Shown: positions 12,881 through 24,462, counted from the whole stretch's first letter. The stretch is 63,680 nucleotides of DNA, filler included, from Octopus bimaculoides (GCF_001194135.2; 6 parts of 5 records of this genome joined end to end with filler, not necessarily neighbours in it); one strand, 5' to 3'. A program made the numbers and translations. Notes: generated by a model not told the origin, from the letters alone.

Positions 12881-13009
12881 ATAAAGATACCGAGGGATGT
12901 ATTAAATCCAATGTGGTCATGAAATTGAACATCTTAAGTAGGGTATATTGACTGTTTACTCAGATATTGCATGCCTTGGTGGTGACATAGTATTTTGAAC
13001 TATAAGTAG

Positions 13010-13200
13010 GAATTACACAAACTAGACTGAAAATAATAGAAGTAAATATAAAGATACCTACAGAGAATAGAGCTGCTTGGAACGGTACGAATCCTCCGCA
13101 GAGTTCTAGACATCAGAATCAAGAATTTTACGTTAATCCACTAGTTGTGGACTGCTGACGCTTTTTTATATATCCTAGCGACAACAACAACAACAATGAC
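13010..13200 (+). mobile_element. R4-type LINE extreme 3' end with (CAA)n tail
   Basis: LQRIELLGTVRILRRVLDI followed by a short UTR and CAACAACAA. Confidence 0.7.
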
Positions 13201-13209
13201 GATAATAAT

Positions 13210-13425
13210 AAAGATTTCAAATTTTGGCATAAGGCTAGCAATTTCGAGAGAAGGGTAAGTCGATTACATCGACCGTAGTGCATAACTGGTACTTATTTCA
13301 TCGACCCCGAAAGGATGAAAGGCAAAGAGGACCTCGGCCCAATCTGAACTTAGAATGTCAAGGCGGACGAAATGCCGCGAAATATTTCGCCCGGCGTGCT
13401 AGCGAATCTACCAGCTCGCCGCCTT
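13210..13425 (-). mobile_element. SINE family A, full length
   Basis: Head AGGCGGCGAGCTGG; central CCTTTCATCCTTTCGGGGTCGAT. Confidence 0.9.
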
Positions 13426-13429
13426 AATG

Positions 13430-13962
13430 ATAACTAGCAGATGTACCCGGTATTGCCCGGGGCTGTTTGTTAAGTATATCCGGTCAGCGTAGTCTCCTAC
13501 GAAGTAGAGCTGCAGAAACTGAGGTGAGGCAGCGTCATGCGGCTGCAGGGAACCAATTCTATGGTAAATCTGCCCCCTGCAATTTAAAGGAAGGCATGAA
13601 ATGCCCATCTCGTATGATGTTGGCGTCGAAGGAAGTCATTTGGAACGCGTAGCTGTAGGCACGTATCCGCTTGAGAAAGTCATGAGAATAAGGCGACGCC
13701 CCTCTCAAAAGATCAGTCAAAGAGTTTCTCCAGGCCACTTTTTAGCTCCACAAAATTGGCAGACATGCAGCCTATTTGAACGTCAGGGTGATTACTGTAG
13801 TCAATTGTAAGATCGTAGTTGAATGCTGTCATTGACCAACGTGAGGAGCATGGCCTTGAGTAGGAACGTCGTGCAGCACTTCGCTGAGTTGTAGCTTCCA
13901 GTCGTGGTTGTCGTTCCCCTGTAGTCTCCGTAGTGCGCGCAGCAGCAGTTGCTACAGCATCT
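13430..13962 (-). mobile_element. Helitron RepHel N-terminal fragment
   Basis: ETTGERQPRLEA...AFNYDLTIDYSNHPDVQIGCM / FCGAKKWPGET / FLKRIRAYSYAFQMTSFDAN / QIYHRIGSLQP...PQFLQLYFVGD across frameshifts. Confidence 0.85.
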
Positions 13963-14870
13963 CTTTGTCTTTTCCTTCATATTATTGTGTTTGATTCTAT
14001 CTGCCTCAAGTATTCCCAAGTATTTATAGCTGGATTTAGGTTGAATTGCCTTCATCTTATCACCACTTGGTAGTACGTATGCCTTCTGGTCTGAAAAGCT
14101 TTCCTCATTTCATCACCATCGTAGCAAATTTTGAGAGTCCAAACTCAATCTTAATATCATTGGAGAATATCCGCACAGACTGGACAAGGCTTTCCAGTTC
14201 TGCCTCAGTTCTTGTGAACAGCTTCAGGTCACATGAATAGCAAATGGTTCAGTTTTCCCTCACCTCTTTCCAAATCATACCTCAACTTTATTTTGTGTAG
14301 TATTCCACAGCACAAAGATCAGTGGGGATACAGTGTCCTCCTGGAAGTTTCTCTTGATTTTCACTTCTAATACTTGATTCTCTGCTGTCAATTCCGTTTT
14401 CTAGCACTTCATGCTATACTGTTCCATATGAGGCTTCTCATATTTGCTGCAACTTCATCCATTTCCATTGTTCTTATTATCCAGGGTTGTGGTATCATAT
14501 CGTATGCTTTATGATAGTCAACCCATGCTATGCTCAGGTAAGTGTGTCTTTTCTTGCAAATCCTGATAATTAGATTATCAATTAAGAGCTGATCCTTCGT
14601 ACCCAGGCTCCTCTTTCGGCACCCTTTCAGTTCAATAGGTAGCAACCTACTTTTTCTCAAGTATCTACACAGTTCACCGGCCAAAGCACCTGACTTTAGT
14701 CTCCACATTAGCGGAAGACACGTTATTAGTCTAAAGTTGGATTCAACATTTCTCTTTCCAGGATCCTTGGCAATAATGTCTTACCCTTTGTCATCTAGCT
14801 GGACACTATACACTCCTGCAAGTACTTATTTAGCTGTTGTGCTATCCTTTCATGGAGCCTTGTCAGCGTA
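13963..14870 (-). mobile_element. R4/Dong-clade LINE RT fragment
   Basis: SNFRLITCLPLMW, KGCRKRSLGTKDQLLID, AWVDYHKAYDMIP, LNHLLFM*DLKLF, YKYLGILEAD; frameshifted. Confidence 0.9.
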
Positions 14871-14871
14871 C

Positions 14872-14923
<52 letters not shown>

Positions 14924-14944
14924 TATCATCATCATCATCATTAT

Positions 14945-15647
14945 TGAGTGAGAGAGCAGTGCAAGCCATCAAAGTGACACTGGGGTAAAATATACGAAGC
15001 CCTGTATACCCATCATGACTACCCGTCTGATAAGAGTACACCGGGCACATGCATCACTACAACATGTGTGCGACATGGTGATCTCATATCCAGATAAACA
15101 GCGCATGATCTCGCAGGTGGGGCCCAGTTAGAATTTTCTTCAGGTCGAGAAGCCCATCCCGCTCAAAAGGTCCCTGAATAAGGTTTGTTTAAGGATGTTG
15201 AGCCAAACACCCATGTTTCCAAAGGTGAGTTATTCAAACCCCAAAGAATTCCTCTGAACACATAGCCTATGATGCTCCCTCACTACTTCTGCTTGTGATC
15301 AGAGATGTGTCAGTTTGAATGGTGAAGTTCCAGAAGAGTGAGATGTGATCATTTTCAAGCACTGGAGGTGGTTTGTGTTCCCACCATTTTTTATCATGGG
15401 GCAAGTTCAGGTGTTTTCAAATTACCCACTGAATATATTGTACAGCTCTATCATGCCTGTTGAGATACACTGTAGGCGCAAGAAGACTGCACTTGGAGAC
15501 AACATGATCAATGGTTTCATTTTGGTGTTGACATACACGACGTGTTGGGGAACTACTGTTCTTTAATATGTTGGCCTGGTAGTTCCTTGTAGGTAGGCAT
15601 TGATCTTGGGCTGCTATGATAAACACTTCTGTTTCAGATTTTAAGCC

Positions 15648-15650
<3 letters not shown>
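14945..15650 (-). mobile_element. R4-type LINE 3' piece: zinc knuckle joined to distal 3' UTR
   Basis: GLKSETEVFIIAAQDQCLPTRNYQANIL...RVC...ETIDHVVSKC...YLNRHD, then a jump at ~15310 into UTR matching 28870-29226; flanked by (AAT)n and (GAT)n. Confidence 0.85.
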
Positions 15651-15725
<75 letters not shown>

Positions 15726-15793
15726 NNNNNNNNNNNNNNNNNNNNNNNNNNNNNNNNNNNNNNNNNNNNNNNNNNNNNNNNNNNNNNNNNNNN

Positions 15794-15920
15794 AAATTCC
15801 ATCAGGATTGACTTTACCTTTCATCCTTTCGGGATGAAAAAACTGAGTAGGAGTTGCGTACTGGGGTCGATCGACTAGCCTCCTTCAAAATTTCAGGCCT
15901 TGTGCCTAGAGTAGAAAGGA
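15794..15920 (+). mobile_element. SINE family A, 3' part
   Basis: CCTTTCATCCTTTCGGG...TACTGGGGTCGAT...CCTTGTGCCTAGAGTAGAAAGG followed by (ATT)n. Confidence 0.85.
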
Positions 15921-16899
15921 TTATTATTGTTATTATTATTATTATTATTATTAGTTAAAATATTGACCCCAGTGGGATATCAACTCGGAGAGTCAGTATG
16001 AACACCGAATGGCGTTTTCTAACACTCTTACGATTGTGTAGCTCAACTTTTGATAATAGCCAAAGGTGCTGAAGAGATACTAAAATACGACGTACGTCTA
16101 AACAGGTTTACAAATATTTGTGTGGTGGGACCAAAAAAATTATACAAAGACGCTTAAAGGATTGACAGTCATTATGTAATTAAAATAAGGACAAATTTAA
16201 AATTTACAAAATATGTAATTACCCCGAAAAAGTAACTGAACAAAATGTAATGAAACAGAAAATGCAAACTTTTAGGTTTACCATCTAGATATGGGGTGAG
16301 ATGAGGGTCAATGGCTAGGCTAGCTTGTGTAATCAATGTCCTAAATCACCGGTTGTTGGTTCTAATGCTTCGTCGTGTATGCAAAGACACTGGTTAACGG
16401 TTTAGAATTGTATAAGATCGATAAAAAGTCATGTTATCATGATGCCATTGTTTCAGTTCTCTGTAATAACTTTATATTGCTTCTAACAACAATCCATTGT
16501 ATGTTTTCTTTATTCAAAGTTTGTGACTTCGTCATATTTACATCAGTAGAATATTGATGACATAACAGATACGTGATTTTGCCTCTTAGATATTCGTTTT
16601 GTCTCCGTAGGAAGGTGAATCTCAACACATTGCTCTTTTCAACATCGTCTTCATTAGAGTGAGGATGAGGGGCATCATTATCGTTTTGAGGTGGTTGTTT
16701 TTGTCCACCCGTTTTATTTGATTTTTGTTGCTTTTCAGTTTCTTCTTTCCTTGACTTTTCTCTCTTACTTTTTTTATATTCTCCCGACAGTTAAAGCAGT
16801 TACGTCCACAACCATCATCGATCCCATATTACACTACAATGAGGTGGTGGTTTTGCCGGTTTCTACCCTTAAGGGATAGAGCGTCTGCTCGCTTCTTTT

Positions 16900-17235
16900 C
16901 AGGTACGAGGTGGATGCCCCTCAGAGCTCTAACTAGGGCTCTGGAATCTGGAAGTTCTTGTTGCTACCTCGGTTGGTTTTCACTGCTTTCAGTTCTTTCT
17001 CCCTTTCTCAGCAGCCCTTTCCAGTTCGTCAAAGCAAACATCCCTCAAGTGAGTCTTACTGCATATATAGCAAACAAACCTTTTGTTCTACAGCACCAGC
17101 CTAACGTACTTTGTTTCAGCGCCCTCGCCAGAGAACAGTTCTTGAATGCCTTTCTACTCTCCGGGCGTCTAAATGGATTGGCATATCAATAAGATACCCA
17201 AATCCATTTTGACAACCTCCGACCATATTTTGTCA
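16900..17235 (-). mobile_element. Possible LINE ORF1 remnant with gag-like zinc knuckle
   Basis: VRLVL*NKRFVCYICSKTHLRDVC approximates CX2CX4HX4C, one residue short. Confidence 0.3.
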
Positions 17236-17244
17236 TCGTCATCC

Positions 17245-17800
17245 CAGCTTTAACCGTCCGTTCATATGGTGATAAAAAAGTGAGGATGAACCACAGCTCG
17301 GCATTGTTTTTTGGCCATTACTGGGAAAAGCTAAGTAGAGAGTGAACAACGATAAATCCCAACACCGCATGAGATGAGTAGGACTAAAAGCAGAAACTGA
17401 AGATTTATGGATTGCAGCAGAAAGCAAAAGCCTTTACATTTGAAATCACCAAGAGCATATAATGAAACATAATACTCTATATAATTATAGAATATGATGA
17501 GAAGAAGAAGAAACAGCTGCCCACCTAATATTGAATTGTCTAGTCTTCGTTAAGAAAGACTACATCCGCAAGTATGGTAGAGTTGGGATTTATATGTGCT
17601 AAAGTTTATTCCATCTCTATGAAATACGAACTCAGAAGGTGTTCCATTGTGTGCATTCCAGTAAACGTCGCGGAGGACATGATAACACAGACAGACAAGG
17701 AGATCCAGGTAAATCAGCCTGATAATTCTGTCAAGGAATACCAGAAAAATAGATGGACCTTAATTCACATATCAATCTGAAAAGATTAAAATGTTGCACC
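17245..17800 (+). mobile_element. Highly decayed R4-type LINE C-terminal fragment
   Basis: VGLKAETEDLWIAAESKSL; EETAAHLILNC...KKDYIRKYGRVG; ITQTDKEIQVNQPD. Confidence 0.65.
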
Positions 17801-17940
17801 AAAAATGATAGCGAAATTATCCAAATACAAATAGTTGCAACTAACACAGTGCCTCAAAAGAAACAATCTATATAATAACAACTAAAATATAACACCTACA
17901 TAATATGGATATATAAATAAGATTAATAATAATAGCGATA

Positions 17941-17972
<32 letters not shown>

Positions 17973-18072
17973 NNNNNNNNNNNNNNNNNNNNNNNNNNNN
18001 NNNNNNNNNNNNNNNNTTAATTAATTAANNNNNNNNNNNNNNNNNNNNNNNNNNNNNNNNNNNNNNNNNNNN
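17973..18072. other. Assembly linker N44-TTAATTAATTAA-N44 (also at 34108, 53839, 57219, 61392)
   Basis: Identical 100-bp layout five times; stop codons in all six frames. Confidence 0.97.
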
Positions 18073-18708
18073 AAAAAAAAAAAAAAAAAAAAGAGTCAGG
18101 AAAGAACTATTTGATGAAAGCAAAAAATTGTTTTATTCGAATGGAAATGAAAAGATGAAAGGTTGAATGAATGAGATGGGAGGAAGTACTGTACAATTAT
18201 AGTTAGTTGAAGGGCTACCATGTTCGTTGGCCCTTTCCCCCTTGCCCCTCTGGTTTGGGCTATAAAACTCCACAATCTACTTATGCGTACACGCATGCAC
18301 ACACCGTTACATTGGCATACAACATATGTAGATACAGACATTGCAGTCGTGCTGATACTGTTATTGTTTCCAATTTGTGGGTCAGTAGTGGCGTTGGCTG
18401 TATTGTCTTTGTTGTTGCTGATGACGGTAATGGTGTTGGCAAGGATATTACTGGTGGAGGTGGCAATCATATTGCTCTTGCTAATAGTCTCTTGCTATTT
18501 AGTCTGAAGTTAATCCTCATTGACCTAAGATCAAAGATATCTCATTTAATATTAAAATACCCAAGGGTGCAACATTATCTCATATTATTTTAAATGGTGT
18601 AACTTATCTTGTTCATACCATTGTTGTTGCTGTCGTTGATTATTAAGGAGTTGTGTGTGTGTGTATGTGTGCGCGCGCACACACACACACACATATGCGC
18701 GCGGGCGT

Positions 18709-18739
<31 letters not shown>

Positions 18740-19384
18740 TACACACACGTCAAGCGCGCGCGGTTTTCTCAAATTTGACTACTGTTTAACTGTAGCCTAA
18801 ATTTGATGTGCTTTCTCCAACTCTTTCCATTCCACTGTGCTTTGTGTCATGAATTCCGTGCGAAAAAGAAAAAAAAAAATGCAAATCTGTCTTCACTAAA
18901 ACTGCATGTTACAAAAACCGTGGGTGTTTCCGGGTCGTTTTTTGCCAGGTAGGGAGGCAACAAAACGTAATATTGTTCGGCATTATTTCCAAGGGAAGTA
19001 AGCGTAGAAGAGTTAAGTCCCTTGCAAAGACGTCGCTATCATTTAGTGCTAGTTAGTCCAGAAATGGTGTGTGTGTGTGTGTTTGAAAGAGAGAAAGAAA
19101 GAGTGAGGGAGAGAGAGAGAAAAGGAGACGGAGAGAAAGCTAGAGAGAATGAGAGAGAGAAACAAATAAGAAAATAGATAAAGGCGAGTTAGAAAGAGAG
19201 AGAGAAAGAGAGAGAGAGCGCGAGAGGGAGAATCAGAGAAAGAAAAAGATAAAGAGAAAGAAAGGAGAGAGAGAAGAGAGAGAGAAGGAGGGGGTGGAGG
19301 ATTGTAGACAACTCTAACAAAATAGACATGGTCTAACTTCATATGCTGTCTTATAAATAAAAATCCGATGTGCAATGCTTCAGT

Positions 19385-19600
19385 GAGATTGCGCCTTTTT
19401 ATGTTTGTGGTTGTCCCATGCCACCATTCAACAACCAGTGTTGGTTTGTTTACGTCCGCATAACTTAGCGGTTCGTTAACGATTGCGACAGAATAAGTAT
19501 CAGGCTTAAAGACTAAGTACTGGGGGTTTATGTATTCTATTAAGCTCGTCAAGGAAGTGCAATGACCGAAACGATTAAAAAGTAAATGATAAGCAAACGT
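19385..19600 (+). mobile_element. SINE family B, 3' half, decayed
   Basis: TTTACGTCCGCATAACTTAGCGGTTCG...AGAATAAGTA. Confidence 0.7.
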
Positions 19601-19619
19601 GGTAAATATTAATCCATCC

Positions 19620-20060
19620 GTCATCCCTACCTACAATTCCTGGGAGGGCCATAAGGGTGGAGGCTGAGTCTTCAGGAAATTCCTCCATCAGAAGCAACTG
19701 ATTAATTATCTTATCATAGATGTTAATTACAACGGTTGTCAGCAATAGCGGTTGGCACAACACTGCTAAGACTCTCACCAGCAAAGCCAAGCAGTCCAGC
19801 AACAAGCCAAGACATGATCTCCGGTTTCGCAATGAGGCCGGTGATATTTCGGAATTTCCATCTCCGAGAGGGATATTTAAAACAAAGACTAGGTACTTCT
19901 CACTCTCATCTCATCTGTTGGAAGGCTGTTAATTCTATTGATTTTATCCGTCCTTTGACAGGTTTTGTTTTTCGTCCCGGAGAATGTACAATGAAAATCA
20001 CTCTCCTTGCCAAGCAGACTTGGGAGGGGTATCGGTTTAGTCGCCGACCGACCGACAATG
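19620..20060 (-). mobile_element. Possible RTE-like LINE 5' UTR
   Basis: GTCGGCGACTAAACC start and ...CTCGGAGATGGAAATTC resemble RTE 5' UTR motifs as I recall them; no ORF support. Confidence 0.3.
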
Positions 20061-21791
20061 TGACTGGTTGTACTGGGTTATATGCTACTAATTGTACTAA
20101 GATTGATCTGGCATAAATTCCTTCCTTCCTTCCTTCCTTCTCTCCATACATACATACATACATACATACATACATACATACATACATACATACATACATA
20201 CATGCATACATACATACATATGCAAGACTTTTCTCAAGTTCCAAATGTGAATTTATCTATGTTAACTACATCCAAAGATGGAACCTAGTAGTACTACGAT
20301 TGATCTGACATAAAATAGTTCCATTCCTTCCTTCCTTCCTTCCATAGTAAATGGATCTCCGTCGGTTTCGACGGTGCAAATTCAGTTATTCGAATGACTG
20401 AATTATCTGCCCTTCCATTTTAAATGTTATTTTAGATGTTGCGGCTGAGTATTGTATAGACATGTGTACCATTTTACATAATTTTAAAACAGAAACAGCA
20501 TGGCACAATGTGTCACAAGATTCTACCTTTGAATTACTGGTACATTCCATCCGACAGTTTTCCGTACGGTTTCCACCTACCCACCTTCACTCAAGACTTG
20601 GATCCGATATGTGCTTCCCCAGAAAATTTGATACATATTGCGGAGACTTAGGTGAAGTGAAGCAGTCGAGAAAATTCACGTCTAAATTCCTCCATAAATA
20701 TATTGTTTACTACCTTATTAAGTCCTCAGTTTTTCTTTCACTATCGGGCAAAAATTTCATTGTTGGCCCATCATTAATCGCTACTAAAATTATATTTTCG
20801 TCGACAAAATGTGAAGGGAGATAACTCTTGACTTATTGCAAATTTATTCTCAACGACGTACTGATTTTTGCCTTTTGAATTTTCAGAACGCACGCAACAT
20901 TATTTAGAAATGTAGCTTGGTAAATATATATATATATATATATACAAAGAAGTAAATCACAGAAAATTTGTCAATATTTTACGCTTTCAATAAATTAAAA
21001 AAAAAATATGCTTATTTGTCGTTTAAATAAGTCTTTTGCACACNNNNNNNNNNNNNNNNNNNNNNNNNNNNNNNNNNNNNNNNNNNNNNNNNNNNNNNNN
21101 NNNNNNNNNNNNNNNNNNNNNNNNNNNNNNNNNNNNNNNNNNNNNNNNNNNNNNNNNNNNNNNNNNNNNNNNNNNNNNNNNNNNNNNNNNNNNNNNNNNN
21201 NNNNNNNNNNNNNNNNNNNNNNNNNNNNNNNNNNNNNNNNNNNNNNNNNNNNNNNNNNNNNNNNNNNNNNNNNNNNNNNNNNNNNNNNNNNNNNNNNNNN
21301 NNNNNNNNNNNNNNNNNNNNNNNNNNNNNNNNNNNNNNNNNNNNNNNNNNNNNNNNNNNNNNNNNNNNNNNNNNNNNNNNNNNNNNNNNNNNNNNNNNNN
21401 NNNNNNNNNNNNNNNNNNNNNNNNNNNNNNNNNNNNNNNNNNNNNNNNNNNNNNNNNNNNNNNNNNNNNNNNNNNNNNNNNNNNNNNNNNNNNNNNNNNN
21501 NNNNNNNNNNNNNNNNNNNNNNNNNNNNNNNNNNNNNNNNNNNNNNNNNNNNNNNNNNNNNNNNNNNNNNNNNNNNNNNNNNNNNNNNNNNNNNNNNNNN
21601 NNNNNNNNNNNNNNNNNNNNNNNNNNNNNNNNNNNNNNNNNNNNNNNNNNNNNNNNNNNNNNNNNNNNNNNNNNNNNNNNNNNNNNNNNNNNNNNNNNNN
21701 NNTGTACAACATTTGCTTTTTTCATTTTCTTTCACGCGTGTTTATTTCGTTAACATCTGCCTGAACTGTATGAAAGGTTTATTAGCTACTG

Positions 21792-21825
21792 CCTAACCCT
21801 AACCCTAACCCTAACCCTAACCCTA
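21792..21825. repeat. Interstitial telomere-type repeat (CCCTAA), about 5.7 units
   Basis: CCTAACCCTAACCCTAACCCTAACCCTAACCCTA. Confidence 0.95.
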
Positions 21826-22833
21826 CTGCCAATATGCTTCAGCCATTTTTTGACAAGGAAATAATAATTTTATCACCGCCAGAATCGTTTGAGAATCGTT
21901 TGTTTACGTAGTCAGCACTTAATCTATTCGGCTGAATGGACGTCAGTCATTGGTTGAAATTACAGAAATACGACAACTTTAACATGAAATAACTTGCGAT
22001 GTATGTTTTTTTGTTAAGAGGACTAAGAGAAAAAGTTGTTTTATATGACACATTCTAATTTTTTTTTTTCATGTTGTGGGTAGAAAATAACAGAAAAGAA
22101 GAATTGATAAATTGAGTAAATGGTGCAAATAATAAAATATGAAATTTGTTAAAATAAAAACTCATGATTTACTATAGTATTCAATGTCCACGAAAGGGCT
22201 TGAGATTATATAAACCAGCAAAATTATAAATCTTTAGTATTTCGTCATTTTAGAATCATACATTTTATTATTTTCAATGGAACCATTTACACATGCGTCG
22301 ATTGGTTTTTCAAAACTAGGAATCTTTGCAAAAGTGCAACGCGGTGCCGGCGATGGAATATGAACTGCCAACTCTGTAACTACAAGCCTGTTACTCTATC
22401 GACACAACTAGTTGCGACTCACGAAAGCTAAAATGCCTTAAAAAAGAAAAAAAAATCAAAAACCAAACCCAAACAAATAAAGAAGAACTCAAACAAGCTG
22501 GACAATGATCAATATACCGTTGCTTGCTTGAGTGATAACTGAAAACGTTATCGCTTTAACAACACCAGCTGGATGATGGGTGCCTTTAGCAGTGTTCACA
22601 TTGCTGGAAGCATTCAATTTAGGTCCCCTCTCGGATAACAACCTCCTTTCCTCTCATCATTTTCCGATATATTGAATAGGGTCATGGGCGCTGCCCGTTT
22701 CGCTCCTAACTGAGCCATCTTCTTGACTCTCTTTCTTCCCTCCCTCCCTCTCTCTTCTCTCTGTATCTATCCACACACACACATACACACATTGGAATAG
22801 CCAATAGTTAACAAAACCTCCTAGAATGCACAC

Positions 22834-22897
22834 AATGCGCTCGTTTCGAGTAGTTATGTAGGATAATTGCTAAAATAATAAAACCCTCGTCAGTCGA
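22834..22897 (-). ncRNA. Degenerate type I hammerhead-ribozyme-like motif
   Basis: CTGACGA (22893-22887), stem II GGGT/ACTC, GAAA (22847-22844), CGAGCG; C where U16.1 is expected; stem I only 3 bp. Confidence 0.45.
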
Positions 22898-22917
22898 TAG
22901 TTCAATATATGTTTGTA

Positions 22918-23128
22918 TTGGGTTGGTGCAGAATTATTGCGGCTTTTTTATGTAACAAAAACATCTTTAAATGATTATTCCGGAGCATATTCACCATCTA
23001 CTTCAATTACTGCTTCCCATTTGCTTGGCAGACGGTCAGACCGTCATTTTCTAGAATTGTTAAATAGTTATTGTATTTGTTGAATAACATTTGTTGAAAA
23101 AAGCCGCAATAATTATGCACCAACCCAC
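22918..23128 (-). mobile_element. Internally deleted mariner (MITE)
   Basis: About 30-bp TIRs TTGGGTTGGTGCAGAATTATTGCGGCTTTT (Hsmar1/MADE1-like), TA on both sides, transposase C-terminus DRLPSKWEAVIEVDGEYAPE* on minus. Confidence 0.9.
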
Positions 23129-23132
23129 TATA

Positions 23133-23350
23133 AAGGCAGTGAGATGGAAGAAACATTAGCACGCTGGGCGAAATGCTTAGCGATATTTCGCTTGTCTTTA
23201 CGTTTTGAGTTCAAATTCCATTGAGGTCGACTTTGTCTGTCATCCTTTTGGGGTCGATAAATTAAGTACCAGTTGCATACTGGAGTCGATCTAATCGACT
23301 GACCCACTTCCTCCAAAATTTCGAGCCTTGTGCCTAGAATAGAAAAGAAT
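23133..23350 (+). mobile_element. SINE family A, full length
   Basis: Head, B box GAGTTCAAATTCC, central module and tail all present. Confidence 0.9.
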
Positions 23351-23379
23351 ATATGTTTGTATATATTAAGTGAACGTGT

Positions 23380-23756
23380 TGGCACTTCATCGCTTACGAC
23401 GTCGAGGGTTCCAGTTGATCCAATCAACGGAACAGCCTGCTCGTGAAATTAACGTGCAAGTGACTGAGCACTCCACAGACACGTGTACCCTTAACGTAGT
23501 TCTCGGGGATATTCAGCGTGACACAGTGTGACAAGGCTGACCTTTTGAATTACAAGCACAACAGAAACAGGAAGAAAAAGTGAGAGGAAGTTGTGGTGGA
23601 AGAGTACAGCAGGGTTCGCCATCATCCGCTGCCGGAGCCTCGTGGGGCTTTATGTGTTTTCGCTCAATAAACACTCAACGCCCGGTCTGGAAATCGAAAC
23701 GGCGATCCTATGACTGCGAGTTCGATGCCCTAAGCACTGGGCCATTGCACCTCCAC
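23380..23756 (-). mobile_element. SINE family C, full length
   Basis: Reverse complement of 37576-37955. Confidence 0.9.
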
Positions 23757-24179
23757 ATTACGTGAACAGATAGGAATAATATATCCAGGCAGGTACCGTT
23801 CAGATACTCTTGTAGAATCCAAATAATGGCTAACCACATCGAATGGTAAAGAATAACCAAGAACTATTTTAGGTAAACAAACCCAATATATTTCACCCGA
23901 TGGATAAATGCTGGGTTCGCTTCGTCGGATTATAAATAGCTTATTTAGTGTATATCCAAGACATTTTAAATAAATTAAGTGAGTAGTATATATATACAAT
24001 TGTTATTGCAGCAGTCATTTACACCGCAAGCTCATATTTTAAATCTCTGTCCATTTCTGTTAGACATATGTTTCTGCTGCATTAATATCTCGCAAGACTG
24101 TCACGCTGTTTAAGAAGTGTCCATGCAGCTTTATTCAAGTGTTAACGCTTGAAACAAACTGAAGTATAATGGTTTAGAC

Positions 24180-24462
24180 CAGGGGTTTTCAAACTGTGGT
24201 CCGCAGACCACAAGGGGTCCGCAAGGACAAGACAGGGGGTCCGTAGACAGCAAATACTTTTTATGGGCAATTTGATTCTATATATGTTTTTTAATCGAAA
24301 TCTTTTAATTGACAATAAACCTATTTGTTAAATACTGATAAATAAATAAATGTAAAAATATATGTTATTTTAAGCAAATATTTATGTATAAATTTCATAA
24401 GCGTTTATATGGGGGTCCCTAAGGTAACGCCTGAAATATAAAGGGGTCCGCAAGACAAAAAG
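24180..24462 (+). mobile_element. hAT/Charlie-like non-autonomous element, right terminus lost
   Basis: Starts CAGGGGTTTTCAAACTGTGGTCCGC, has repeated GGGGTCCGC subterminal motifs, preceded by GTTTAGAC (Charlie-like target). Confidence 0.75.

Noticed and set aside
18900-19010. Slightly CpG-richer patch with TTTCCGGG, possible promoter
   Set aside because: Short motifs expected by chance; no downstream exon.
20350-20410. Two small hairpins
   Set aside because: The first matches the SINE C 3' end; the second is short and AT-rich.
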